The translations under genes and the position numbers were made by a program. This document shows, piece after piece, positions 43,298 through 53,282 of a DNA stretch of 64,000 nucleotides (position 1 is the stretch's first letter; each line of letters begins with the position of its first letter). The DNA is from a bacterium (GTDB lineage Bacteria > UBA8248), in the NCBI GenBank assembly GCA_965261085.1, contig OZ253442.1:4192001-4256000 (forward strand), written 5' to 3'. Under the pieces are notes generated by a model. It searched no databases. It was not told the origin of the DNA and saw only the letters and a list, made by a program, of their open reading frames with translations.

Positions 43298-45073
43298 TTA
43301 CGGCATGATAATGACGGGAGAATCTTCCGAATCAGTACTTTTTAAAGCCCCATCACCTTCGACATCTTCTTGTTGCATTTCCCCTCCCTCGCCCTGAGAT
43401 TCCCGGACTTGGCGAATAATTCGCTCAAACATCACATTGATGGAATACTGAACCATTTCAAGGAATAGTGACGTGGGTTCATCCGTATTCGTCCGCACTT
43501 CATCCGCTAGCGTCACGCATTCACGGGCCATCGTTTCATCGCCCGCTTGATGAAAAATATATCCATTGTCTTCTAACTGGCCCGCGATACGCTCTCGCAA
43601 TTCCTTGTCTTGAAAAATTTCTTTCGCTCCATTTTCCACTACCTGCAGAAGACGTTCTTTTTTCTGTCTTTCATCCATCGCCACTTGACTTTCCATAGAC
43701 TGCAAAAACTCCTGAAAATATGGCGCCACGCGCTCTTCATCCATCACCCAACTCCAAAAAGGTCGATGGGCGAACATGGCGCGCATCTCTACTCTCTCAT
43801 CGCCTTGTACAAGAGAATTCACCATTGCACGGACAGGGTGTTGTCCTTCCACGGGAAATACATCACCTTCCGCCAAGGAGTCGAGCATGAGTTTCGCGTG
43901 TGTAAAGCCACGGGGAAGCGGCGTTTCTCCCGCTTCATTTTCACGCTGACTGCGTTCAAGTAGCCAAATAGCATATCCGATAGGCACTTCCTGTGACGCC
44001 AAGGTGGGTATTTCTGAAATTCGACGGAAAACATCGCGCAACTCTTTGGCGCTCATTTCCGCATCCGTGAATTCAACGATGCCTCGTCCCCGATGCAAAC
44101 GCGCTTGTACAAGATACCTTCCACGTGGAACCCTGGAACGAGCAAGCCACAAAAGCATCTGCCCACGCCCGTCTACGGCGCTGACCACCGCATGAACATA
44201 GTCAGGATAATTAGTTCGTTGGGTGGTGCGAATACCCGTATCAGACAATTTTTCAATTTCTACGCCTTTGTTTTTCAACCGAAATATCGCTTTCCGAATT
44301 CGTGACAACGTGTCTTTGTCTTTGGTGGATTCCGAGAGCTTTTGAAGCGCAGTCGCGGCATCTTGCGTACCCATGTTTGCTAGAAGCTGAATGAAATATG
44401 AAGGTGGTAATGTTCCTTCTCGGACCATCGCTTCAGCCAGCACAAGCGGGCGTTTCTCTGAAACGTCAGCCGTGTTCTCGAAGCCATCACGCAATATCAC
44501 TTCCTGTAAAAAAGAAGGCAGGTTTTTCAATAACGATACTATGGATATCGCGGAATCAACCGTGAGAAGCTTATTTTCCCTTAATTGATCAGAAATTCCC
44601 CGGGCTTGACTTAACATTTCCCCATCGAAACCAGTCGGCAATTCTACTTTCGCATCCAGCGTCCGAAGAGTATCGAAAAGCGCGGTGAGTCCTGATATCG
44701 ACCAACGCATCGTCCGAATAAGAGCAACAAGTTTTGAAACGACGGATGGATCGCCCAACTCGCGTAGGGCGAGAAGCGTGGGGATACGACCCTCTGGTGT
44801 AGTGGAAGATAAATGGCTCAATACACCGGCGATCCCAACCTCACCCATTTCCCTGATTTCATCTAAAAGAGGCGCAGGCGCCATGGCGCCCGGCGGAGCT
44901 GGCACCGTGAACGACGCTTCAAGACCAGCCGCTATGGCGGCGGCCCGAATTAAATCATCTTTTAAAAAAGATTTTTTCGAGGCTTTTATCCTCGATTTCT
45001 TTGCCAAAACCACTTCTCCTATAGTATTCGTTTCAAAATTTACATCATCAGTGGGTGCAGCGCGTACTGTCAA
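43298..45073 (-). CDS. Large hypothetical protein with HEAT-like helical region
   Basis: 591-aa ORF with natural composition and HEAT-like segments (LRELGDPSVVSKL; RIRKAIFRLK). Start uncertain. Confidence 0.75.
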   Translation of the reverse strand: MTVRAAPTDDVNFETNTIGEVVLAKKSRIKASKKSFLKDDLIRAAAIAAGLEASFTVPAPPGAMAPAPLLDEIREMGEVGIAGVLSHLSSTTPEGRIPTLLALRELGDPSVVSKLVALIRTMRWSISGLTALFDTLRTLDAKVELPTGFDGEMLSQARGISDQLRENKLLTVDSAISIVSLLKNLPSFLQEVILRDGFENTADVSEKRPLVLAEAMVREGTLPPSYFIQLLANMGTQDAATALQKLSESTKDKDTLSRIRKAIFRLKNKGVEIEKLSDTGIRTTQRTNYPDYVHAVVSAVDGRGQMLLWLARSRVPRGRYLVQARLHRGRGIVEFTDAEMSAKELRDVFRRISEIPTLASQEVPIGYAIWLLERSQRENEAGETPLPRGFTHAKLMLDSLAEGDVFPVEGQHPVRAMVNSLVQGDERVEMRAMFAHRPFWSWVMDEERVAPYFQEFLQSMESQVAMDERQKKERLLQVVENGAKEIFQDKELRERIAGQLEDNGYIFHQAGDETMARECVTLADEVRTNTDEPTSLFLEMVQYSINVMFERIIRQVRESQGEGGEMQQEDVEGDGALKSTDSEDSPVIIMP

Positions 45074-45167
45074 GACGATACCGAGGCGTGAGTTCCCCTC
45101 TTTTCACTTTTGCCAATCACAACATATACGTGACACAATCGTTTATATACTGGTCTTGGGAGATAAC

Positions 45168-46157
45168 GTGAACTTTCGATTTGCCCATTGCGGTGATTTC
45201 CATCTCGGCTATGACTTCGACTACCTTCCTGCTCGCAAAGCTGCAGCGCGTCAAGCCGATCTTCGGGTAGCATTTTTCCGCTCCGTTCGCGAGACACTCA
45301 AATGGGGCGCACAGGTATTCCTCATCTCGGGCGATTTATTCGATACCCCTCACCCAAGTGATCGTGACATCGAAATCGTCTCAAAAAATCTCTCGCATTT
45401 ATCCAAAAAAGGGGTACGTTGTTTCGCCATTCCTGGCAATCATGATCCGATGCACCCAAAATCCGTATGGAACCGATCCGAAATTGCCAGTCATATCCAT
45501 CTTTTCCATGGGGACCCTACCATTGAGTTAAGTCAAAAAAACATCGTTGACCTCAATCTTACGATTGCTGGAATCCCTTGGGACCCGAAAGATGTCTTCA
45601 AACCACCTTTGCAGGAAATACTCACTCAGAAACTCCATTTGAACGATAGATCCATCTTACTCTTACATGGCTCAGAAGCCACCCTCGCTTCTGAACACCC
45701 CGCATTCAAGGAACATACGTTCCAAGCAGAAGATCTGAAGCGTCTGCCCTTTGGGTATGTGGCGATAGGCCATTACCATAAACCCATGGATGTCGCCCGG
45801 TGGAGTGGCGGCGGCGCATGCTACAGCGGTTCGCCTGAAGGGTTGCGCTTTAGCGAGCACAATCTAGGTGACCGCTCTATGATCTTAGGGGAAATGGATG
45901 ATAGGGGTTCTCTTGTTCAGGTGAAGCGAAAATCCCTCAATGCACGCACTATGAGAACGCTCTCATATTCATCTGGTGATGGGACCACGGCAGACGACTG
46001 GTTTCGGGCTATTGATGATATGAGAAATCCGGATACCCTTTTGCGGGTGCGGGTGCCCAAACAACAAGGCTACCAACAAAGGAGAGCGGAAGTTCTCTTA
46101 ACCTCCCTATGTAGTGATTTTTTCTATCTGGACATCGTCTGGGAATCGCCCTCGTGA
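45168..46157 (+). CDS. SbcD/Mre11-like DNA repair exonuclease (metallophosphoesterase)
   Basis: GDFHLG, GDLFD, PGNHD, LHG, GHYH, YSGSPE. GTG start after GGAG. Confidence 0.88.
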   Translation: MNFRFAHCGDFHLGYDFDYLPARKAAARQADLRVAFFRSVRETLKWGAQVFLISGDLFDTPHPSDRDIEIVSKNLSHLSKKGVRCFAIPGNHDPMHPKSVWNRSEIASHIHLFHGDPTIELSQKNIVDLNLTIAGIPWDPKDVFKPPLQEILTQKLHLNDRSILLLHGSEATLASEHPAFKEHTFQAEDLKRLPFGYVAIGHYHKPMDVARWSGGGACYSGSPEGLRFSEHNLGDRSMILGEMDDRGSLVQVKRKSLNARTMRTLSYSSGDGTTADDWFRAIDDMRNPDTLLRVRVPKQQGYQQRRAEVLLTSLCSDFFYLDIVWESPS

Positions 46158-46942
46158 GCAAAAACATTTGGTGCGATGTCGCTTTTGCTCACCCGGAAAT
46201 TCCTGTGCGACTTAAAGATGCGTATCAAGCACGTGGGGAAAACACACAAAATATTGTATGTGTCGTGATAGACATATTAAGGGCCACTTCGAACATCGCC
46301 GTAATTTTGGAGAATGGATGTCCTGCCATATATCCTTGCGCATCTCCTGAAAAAGCGTTTGAATTGGCCGAAAAGCTACGGCTCCGACATGGTTCCGAAA
46401 AAATACTCCTAGGCGGGGAGCAAGACGGCAAACCCATTGAGGGATTTGACGGAGGAAATTCTCCTCTTGAATACTCACGCTGGAGAATCAGCGGAAAAAC
46501 TTTGATACTCTCCACTAGCAACGGAACCAAAACACTCTCCGCCGTAAAGAGTTGCGGGGAAATTTTCACTGCCGCTTTCGTGAATATTACCGCAATTGCC
46601 CGACGCGTAACGTCCATACTGCATAAAAACCCGAGCCAATCTCTTTTGATCGCCTGCTCGGGCCGCGAAGGAGGCTATTGCGAAGAAGATACAGTGGGGG
46701 CGGGAATCTTCTTGCATCTCTTGTCTGAAAGTTTAGATAGCCTGGAGTTCTCCGATACCGCTCGTGCAGCCCTCCAAGTCGCCAAAAGTGCTGAAAAAAA
46801 CCTGGAAAAAATGCTTTTTGATAGCTGCTGGGGAAAACACTTGTCCGTCTTAGGACTCGGAAATGACATATCCTTCTGTGCGCAGAAAGACATAACGAAC
46901 ATCGTTCCCAGACTAGATGACGGGGTGATAAGGATTGCTTAA
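46154..46942 (+). CDS. comB: 2-phosphosulfolactate phosphatase
   Basis: VIDILRAT, GGE, GNSP, STSNGT, EEDTVGAG. Confidence 0.9.
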   Translation: MSKNIWCDVAFAHPEIPVRLKDAYQARGENTQNIVCVVIDILRATSNIAVILENGCPAIYPCASPEKAFELAEKLRLRHGSEKILLGGEQDGKPIEGFDGGNSPLEYSRWRISGKTLILSTSNGTKTLSAVKSCGEIFTAAFVNITAIARRVTSILHKNPSQSLLIACSGREGGYCEEDTVGAGIFLHLLSESLDSLEFSDTARAALQVAKSAEKNLEKMLFDSCWGKHLSVLGLGNDISFCAQKDITNIVPRLDDGVIRIA

Positions 46943-47751
46943 GTTTCAAGCCCCTTTGGCAATATGCCTTCAACCAAAGCTTGTGCTTCCGGGGAATTCG
47001 CCCCAGGCTTCAGATGAAGAAAGAACTCCCGGTTTCCTTTTGCTCCCATAATCGTACTTAAAGCGATTCCTTGAGGGGCTAATTTCATTCGAAGACATTC
47101 ATCCCAAATGCGAATGAGTACTTCACGGTGAAGTGCGGGGTCGCGGACTATTCCTCCTTTCCCGACACGGCCTTTACCCACTTCGAACTGTGGTTTGATG
47201 AGAACGACTATCTCTCCACCTTCGCCTAGTAATTCATGAATCGGCCCGAGCACCTTCGTAACGGAAATGAATGAAACATCCATGACGCATAAACTTGGTC
47301 TTTCTTCTCCTGCCAGCATTCGAAAAGTCTCAAGTGTCAAATGCCTCGCGTTCACACCCTCCAAAAGGGTGACCCTAGGATCATTTCTCAATTTCCAGTC
47401 GATCAGACCTTTACCCACATCTACCGACGTGACTCGGCGGGCGCCACGAGTGAGCAGCACATCGGTGAATCCGCCCGTCGATGCGCCGATATCCACGCAA
47501 TTTCTCCCTTCCGGATGAATAGAAAAAACATCCAGCGCGCCTGCGAGCTTTAGTCCCCCCCGGCTTACATAGGGACAAGCATCTTTTTTAAGGGTGATTG
47601 ATGCGTCCAGCGGAAATGAAGAACCCGCCTTAGTGGCGGGTTTGCCGTCAACACTCACAAGGCCAGCTAAAATCAGACTGCGCGCACGTTCCCGGCTTGG
47701 GGCTAACGCACGTTCAACGACTAATTTATCAAGCCTCTGTTTTCTTGCCAT
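46939..47751 (-). CDS. tlyA: TlyA-family rRNA methyltransferase
   Basis: S4 domain, YVSRGGLKL, DIGASTGGFTD, DVSFIS, KPQFE. Confidence 0.96.
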   Translation of the reverse strand: MARKQRLDKLVVERALAPSRERARSLILAGLVSVDGKPATKAGSSFPLDASITLKKDACPYVSRGGLKLAGALDVFSIHPEGRNCVDIGASTGGFTDVLLTRGARRVTSVDVGKGLIDWKLRNDPRVTLLEGVNARHLTLETFRMLAGEERPSLCVMDVSFISVTKVLGPIHELLGEGGEIVVLIKPQFEVGKGRVGKGGIVRDPALHREVLIRIWDECLRMKLAPQGIALSTIMGAKGNREFFLHLKPGANSPEAQALVEGILPKGLET

Positions 47752-49663
47752 GGACCACTAAGTCGGCAGAATCAGGCTCGACTTTCATCAAATCACGAGC
47801 TGCTTGCGTAATTTCGCCTGACGTGAGCCCACAATCCTCGCGCTGGAATTGAGGCGCCCCGTGCTCAATAAAACGGTCGGGAATACCCAAAACCGTTACG
47901 GAAACATCTCGCATGCCATGCGCCGCCAAAAGTTCCAAAACGCCGGCACCCATCCCGCCTATGCGCGTCCCTTCCTCGATAGTTACGACGCGCTTACATT
48001 GACTTGCGAGTTCTAAAACTTTCTCTTCATCCATCGGTTTGACAAAGCGAAGGTTCAAAACCGATGCCTGTATTCCGAGTTCCTCTAATTGCGCAGCGGA
48101 CTCCATGGAGAGGCCCACCATGGGACCCAAGGCAATGAGCGCCACATCATCACCGTCACGAAGCAGTTCCGCTTCTCCGACAGGAATCGTCTCGATATTT
48201 TCATCCATGGGGACTCCCTCACCGGAACCACGCGCAAAGCGCAACGCAGCCGGCCCGGGATGTTCGATGGCTGTCAGAACCATTTTCTGAAGCTCATTTT
48301 CGTCTTTAGGCGACATGATAATCATATTCGGCAAACACCGAAGATAAGCCAAGTCATAAGCACCCTGGTGAGTGGGCCCGTCATCACCCACAAGACCGGC
48401 TCGGTCCAGCGCAAAGGTGACGGGCACATTCGTGAGGCAGACATCATGGATGATCTGATCGTAGGCGCGCTGTAAAAACGTACTGTAAATAGCGGCGACC
48501 GGCTTCATCCCCTCAAGCGCCAGCCCTGCAGCAAAAGTTACTGCATGTTGTTCACACATCCCTACGTCAAAGCAGCGATCAGGTAATATTTTTTGATAGT
48601 TCACTAGAGCCGTGCCCTCAAGCATGGCTGCCGAAATGGCCACTATCTTTTCATCTTTTTGGCTGAGTTTGATCATCGTATCGGTAAAAACTTTAGAATA
48701 GCCGGGAGGCCCAGGCGCTTTTTTGTGGAATTTACCGGATTCGGGGTCGAATTTCGTTACGCCGTGATAAGTGATGGGTTCTGCTTCACTATAGGGATAC
48801 CCATGTCCTTTGCGGGTAACGACGTGAACCAGATTGGGGCCATCTAAATTTTTCACATTTCTCAAAGTGGGAATCAGCAAGTCCAGCCTATGTCCATCAA
48901 CCGGGCCGATATACCGAAATCCCAACTCCTCGAACAAAATACCCGGCGCGATGATATTTTTCAGAGACTCCTCGATCCTGTCCATAAGCGTAACGGCATG
49001 GCTCCCCACCAAGGGAAGGTGACTGATTATTTTTTGTACTTCACCACGCACCTTACGCACCCGGTTCGCCCATTCGCCCGTCATGATTCGCGCCAGATAT
49101 GAACACATGGCGCCAACATTATGCGAAATGCCCATTTTATTGTCATTGAGAATAACGGTCAGGTTTCTCTTCGAATCACCGGCATTGTTGAGCCCTTCCA
49201 TCGCCATGCCGGCCGTTAAACTGCCGTCACCGATGACGGCGACGACCTGAAAATCCTCGCCCAGGAGATCTCGCGCCGTCGCCATACCCAGCGCAGCCGA
49301 TATGGATGTGCCTCCATGCGCCACATTCAAGTGGTCATATTCGCTCTCACGCCTGTCCGGGAAACCAGCGATTCCTTCCCATTGTCTCAGCGTATGGAAC
49401 TGATCCCGGCGTCCTGTGAGAATCTTATGCGTATAGGCCTGATGTCCAACATCCCAAATCAACTTGTCTTTCGGCGTATCGTAGAGATAGTGAAGCGCTA
49501 CAATGAGTTCCGCAGCTCCTAAAGAGGCGCCCAGGTGCCCACCCGTATTCGATGTAACTTGAATGATCATGTCCCGAAGTTCATCCACAACTTGAGGAAG
49601 TTCGTCTTCCGGCAGTCGCCTCAAATCCGCCGGGCTATCAATGCGCTCGAGCAGTTCGCCCAT
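47729..49663 (-). CDS. dxs: 1-deoxy-D-xylulose-5-phosphate synthase
   Basis: GGHLGASLG, WDVGHQ, GDGS...NDN, YSTFLQRAYDQ, DRAG. Confidence 0.98.
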   Translation of the reverse strand: MGELLERIDSPADLRRLPEDELPQVVDELRDMIIQVTSNTGGHLGASLGAAELIVALHYLYDTPKDKLIWDVGHQAYTHKILTGRRDQFHTLRQWEGIAGFPDRRESEYDHLNVAHGGTSISAALGMATARDLLGEDFQVVAVIGDGSLTAGMAMEGLNNAGDSKRNLTVILNDNKMGISHNVGAMCSYLARIMTGEWANRVRKVRGEVQKIISHLPLVGSHAVTLMDRIEESLKNIIAPGILFEELGFRYIGPVDGHRLDLLIPTLRNVKNLDGPNLVHVVTRKGHGYPYSEAEPITYHGVTKFDPESGKFHKKAPGPPGYSKVFTDTMIKLSQKDEKIVAISAAMLEGTALVNYQKILPDRCFDVGMCEQHAVTFAAGLALEGMKPVAAIYSTFLQRAYDQIIHDVCLTNVPVTFALDRAGLVGDDGPTHQGAYDLAYLRCLPNMIIMSPKDENELQKMVLTAIEHPGPAALRFARGSGEGVPMDENIETIPVGEAELLRDGDDVALIALGPMVGLSMESAAQLEELGIQASVLNLRFVKPMDEEKVLELASQCKRVVTIEEGTRIGGMGAGVLELLAAHGMRDVSVTVLGIPDRFIEHGAPQFQREDCGLTSGEITQAARDLMKVEPDSADLVVHGKKTEA

Positions 49664-49775
49664 ATCATCTCCCCCAGGGAAGTGATTTTAAAACTTATTT
49701 TGCACCATTACTCAAATGACTCTGACTCTGGCATTCCACCTCTTTCAAAGGCTAACCAAGCACTATAGTCAATCA

Positions 49776-50693
49776 TCAAAACCTACGCAAGACAATAAAA
49801 CGCGCTAAGGATTCCAGCTCAGGGGCTTGATTCGGGAAAATTTCAAGTGCTTGCAAAGCTTCCTCGCAAGTGGAGCGCGCCAGTTTTTTCGATGCTTCTA
49901 TCCCGTATAAGGCGGGATAAGTCGCTTTGTTCAATCCCTCATCCGAACCCGTGGGCTTTCCCATGAGCGCTTCATCGCCTTCCACATCCAAAATGTCATC
50001 CACAATTTGGAACGCCAGCCCGATTTTCTCACCATACACACACAGCGCCCCCATCTGCGCTTCATCACCGCCGCCAAGGAGTCCTCCCAGGCAAACAGAA
50101 ACTCTCAAAAGCGCTCCTGTCTTTCTCCTGTGGATTTCTTCTAGATGCGCCACATCGCTCACTCGGCCATCTGCCCTGATGTCCAAAAGCTGTCCCCCGA
50201 CCATGCCCACAGCGCCTGACGCCTCGGCGAGCATCCGAATCGCTTTTACATGACGCTCCGGCAAAATTTTTTCGCCCATTTCATCATTCGCCATCAATTC
50301 GAAAGCCAGAGTCTGCAATCCATCACCCCCGAGAATCGCTGCTGCCTCTCCATAAACCTTGTGGCTCGTAGGCATACCCCGTCTGAGATCATCATCATCC
50401 ATAGCGGGCAAATCATCATGAATCAAAGAATAGGAATGAATACATTCGAGGGCGCACGCAGCGGGCAGAATCCATTCAGGGCTCCCACCTACAGCTTCAC
50501 ACCCGGCTACACAAAGCACGGGGCGCAAGCGCTTACCCCCTGCGAAAAGGCTATAGCGCATAATCTCGAAAATCTCAGGAGGCTCAGACGATTTTGGCAC
50601 AAGACGATCGAGCTCTTCTTCCACACGTTTCGCCCAATCGTTCAGGTAAGCCGCCGCATCGATGCCACATGGAATCCCGGTTTCATTCATCAT
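49776..50693 (-). CDS. ispA: Farnesyl-diphosphate synthase (polyprenyl synthetase)
   Basis: GGKRLRP, HDDLPAMDDDDLRRG, FQIVDDILD. Confidence 0.93.
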   Translation of the reverse strand: MMNETGIPCGIDAAAYLNDWAKRVEEELDRLVPKSSEPPEIFEIMRYSLFAGGKRLRPVLCVAGCEAVGGSPEWILPAACALECIHSYSLIHDDLPAMDDDDLRRGMPTSHKVYGEAAAILGGDGLQTLAFELMANDEMGEKILPERHVKAIRMLAEASGAVGMVGGQLLDIRADGRVSDVAHLEEIHRRKTGALLRVSVCLGGLLGGGDEAQMGALCVYGEKIGLAFQIVDDILDVEGDEALMGKPTGSDEGLNKATYPALYGIEASKKLARSTCEEALQALEIFPNQAPELESLARFIVLRRF

Positions 50694-50946
50694 CTTCACC
50701 ATCTTCAAATGGTTGCAATAAAAATGTTTCTTCCGACTCTCCCACGAGTTCCTCCACCCTTTTTTGCGCCGCGTTCAATTGCTCTCGACTATAGCGGAAG
50801 AGCTTCACACCCTCTTCATATAGCGAAACGGCTTCTTCCAGAGAAGGCTCACCCCCATCGAGTTCCTCCACAATGGCTTCCAAACGCTCCAGCGCAGCTT
50901 CAAAGCTTTTTGGTTCCGGATCGGGGGATTCATTTCCAGAATTCAT
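50683..50946 (-). CDS. xseB: Exodeoxyribonuclease VII small subunit
   Basis: SFEAALERLEAIVEEL...SLEEAVSLYEEG. Confidence 0.93.
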   Translation of the reverse strand: MNSGNESPDPEPKSFEAALERLEAIVEELDGGEPSLEEAVSLYEEGVKLFRYSREQLNAAQKRVEELVGESEETFLLQPFEDGEDDE

Positions 50947-52343
50947 GGGCCCTCTCCTTCCGGGACGACTTGCTCTACTCGGCACAACAAGCAGCCCTCC
51001 GATAAACGAATCCGCACGGATTCTTTTTCCTTCACATCACTGGCTTTTTTGAGCAAAGTGCCATCCGGGTCTTTCTGCACCAAACTATACCCCCGCGCCA
51101 AAACAGCGAGCGGCGATACTAATTCAAGGCGCCCAGCGGCGGTTTCGAGTACATCTCGCCTACGTTTCAGAAACAATCCACGCGCCGCGCGCAAACGCTT
51201 TACATTGCCCTCCAGCCTCGATATAGAAACGTCGATTTTCTCTTTGGGCGATACCGCTCGTAGCTTAGGAGCTATTGTAGCCAAATACGCCCATCTCATT
51301 TGTTGTCGATGTCCGGCTTCTCTACCTAGACGCTCATAGAGGGCATCCACTCTCTGAGCTAATACCTCAAGCGGCGCCTCTGGTCTTCTGAAAGCAGGCT
51401 CCCTCAGTAATCGAGAGAACCTGGCCTCTAGCGAAACTATTCGATCCTCCACTGTTCGGTGCATATTTTCAATAAAATTATTTATGTCTCGGGCAACACC
51501 CTGCCAGCCTCTGGCCACGCGCTCCGCCGCCGCCGTAGGTGTAAGCGCCGACTCATCGGCTGCCAGATCGCTAAGCGACGTATCGACCTCATGGCCTACC
51601 GCTGAAATGACCGGCGTCCGGCATCCGGCGACCGCCCGAACCACTTCCTCTTCGTTGAACGCCCACAAATCCTCCCGGCTTCCTCCGCCGCGGCCCATGA
51701 TGATGAGATCTACGGGACATTTCATATTTGCGAGGCTTTGGTCCACTTTTTGTATCGCCCCCGCGATAGAAGACGCGGCTTTTTCTCCTTGCACCGGTGT
51801 GTGAACGATGACGAGTTCTACAATCGGCGCGCGCTCTTTGAAAACCCGCAACATGTCCTGGAGGGCCGCGCTTTCTCTGCTCGTCACCAATGCCACGCGA
51901 TGGGGGCGTTCAGGAATCTCTTTTTTGCGTTCAGGACTGAATAGTCCCTCTTTTTCCAATCGTTCATGCAATTGACGAAAAGCGACCTCTAGCGCACCTT
52001 CTCCCAGGGGCTCCATCGAAAGCGCCGACACCTGAAAGCGTCCGTCTTTCTCATAAAGTGTCACCCGGCAACGGACCATCACGCGCATACCTACTTCCGG
52101 CTCAAAGCGCAAAAACCGCCTGCGGCCCGAAAACATCACGGCACTTACCTTGGATGTAGCGTCTTTTAAATCGAAATAGGAATGTCCCGATGGATAGGTA
52201 CGCCAGGAGAAAATTTCCCCCTCGACTAAAACCTCACCAAATTCATCTTCCAGCAATTCTCGCACACGCGCGTTGAGTTGTGAGACGGTAAGCACCGCTG
52301 GCGTTGCGCGAGGCGTATTGTCACCCAGGAGGTCGACGCTCAT
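50943..52343 (-). CDS. xseA: Exodeoxyribonuclease VII large subunit
   Basis: SGHSYFDLKD, GRGGGSREDLWAFN, SAVGHEVD, TPTAAAE. Confidence 0.96.
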   Translation of the reverse strand: MSVDLLGDNTPRATPAVLTVSQLNARVRELLEDEFGEVLVEGEIFSWRTYPSGHSYFDLKDATSKVSAVMFSGRRRFLRFEPEVGMRVMVRCRVTLYEKDGRFQVSALSMEPLGEGALEVAFRQLHERLEKEGLFSPERKKEIPERPHRVALVTSRESAALQDMLRVFKERAPIVELVIVHTPVQGEKAASSIAGAIQKVDQSLANMKCPVDLIIMGRGGGSREDLWAFNEEEVVRAVAGCRTPVISAVGHEVDTSLSDLAADESALTPTAAAERVARGWQGVARDINNFIENMHRTVEDRIVSLEARFSRLLREPAFRRPEAPLEVLAQRVDALYERLGREAGHRQQMRWAYLATIAPKLRAVSPKEKIDVSISRLEGNVKRLRAARGLFLKRRRDVLETAAGRLELVSPLAVLARGYSLVQKDPDGTLLKKASDVKEKESVRIRLSEGCLLCRVEQVVPEGEGP

Positions 52344-52377
52344 CCGAAAATCCTCATCAGTTCCGCGTCTTCTCTCC

Positions 52378-53229
52378 TTACGACTCAAAAGAATACGCGC
52401 GAACCGTGTTCATCATCAGCATAGCGACCGTCATAGGCCCCACCCCGCCCGGCACCGGCGTGATGGCGGAAACCTTTTCGAGCAAAGGTTCAAAATCACA
52501 ATCTCCGACCAATTCCCCGTCCACACGGTTAATACCAACGTCAACCACGGTCGCACCTTGCCGCACCATATCCGCCGTCAAGAATTTCGGCCTCCCCAAG
52601 GCAGCCACTACGACATCGGCTTCTCTGGTGATCATGGGAATATCGCGCGTGCGAGAATGACACACCGTCACCGTGGCATTCTCATGCAACATCAAAATGG
52701 ACAACGGAAGTCCCACAATCTTACTGCGCCCGATGATGACGGCTTTTTCCCCTTCCAGGCCGATATCGTAAAACTTCAAAATCTCGAGCACACCGGCAGG
52801 CGTGCAGGGCTTGAGCGTACCTTGCTTAAGCGCCAGTTTTCCAAAGTTTTCTGGATGAAAGACATCGGCGTCCTTTTGCGGGGATACCTTGCGCAACACT
52901 TCTTCTTCATTCAAATGTCCGGGAAGCGGCAACTGCACCAATATCCCATCCACTTTTTCATCATGGTTCAACTCTTCGATAAGCGAGACGATATCCTCTT
53001 GTCTCGTATCCTCAGCCAAGTGATGATCGAAAGTCTGGATGCCGAGTTTCTTGGCCGAACGGCCTTTGATGCGGACATATACCTGAGAGGCCGAATCCTC
53101 GCCCACGAGAACAACAGCGAGCCCCGGAGGCCTGCCCATCCGGGGAAGCAGGGCATCAATGGAGGCTTTCAGCTCCTCCATCACCTTATCCGCCACTGGT
53201 TTACCTTTGAGGAGTAAGGCTTGTGCCAT
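52378..53229 (-). CDS. folD: Methylenetetrahydrofolate dehydrogenase/cyclohydrolase
   Basis: GILVQLPLP, PCTPAG, GRSKIVG, TPVPGGVGPMT. Confidence 0.97.
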   Translation of the reverse strand: MAQALLLKGKPVADKVMEELKASIDALLPRMGRPPGLAVVLVGEDSASQVYVRIKGRSAKKLGIQTFDHHLAEDTRQEDIVSLIEELNHDEKVDGILVQLPLPGHLNEEEVLRKVSPQKDADVFHPENFGKLALKQGTLKPCTPAGVLEILKFYDIGLEGEKAVIIGRSKIVGLPLSILMLHENATVTVCHSRTRDIPMITREADVVVAALGRPKFLTADMVRQGATVVDVGINRVDGELVGDCDFEPLLEKVSAITPVPGGVGPMTVAMLMMNTVRAYSFES

Positions 53230-53282
53230 TTTCATCCTTTGTCATCGGGCGCGCAGAAGGCGGATTTTATCGAAATTGGCGG

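Noticed and set aside
44685-45167. 161-aa N-terminal extension of the SbcD-like ORF
   Set aside because: Antisense to the 591-aa gene; nuclease motif I starts right after GTG 45168.
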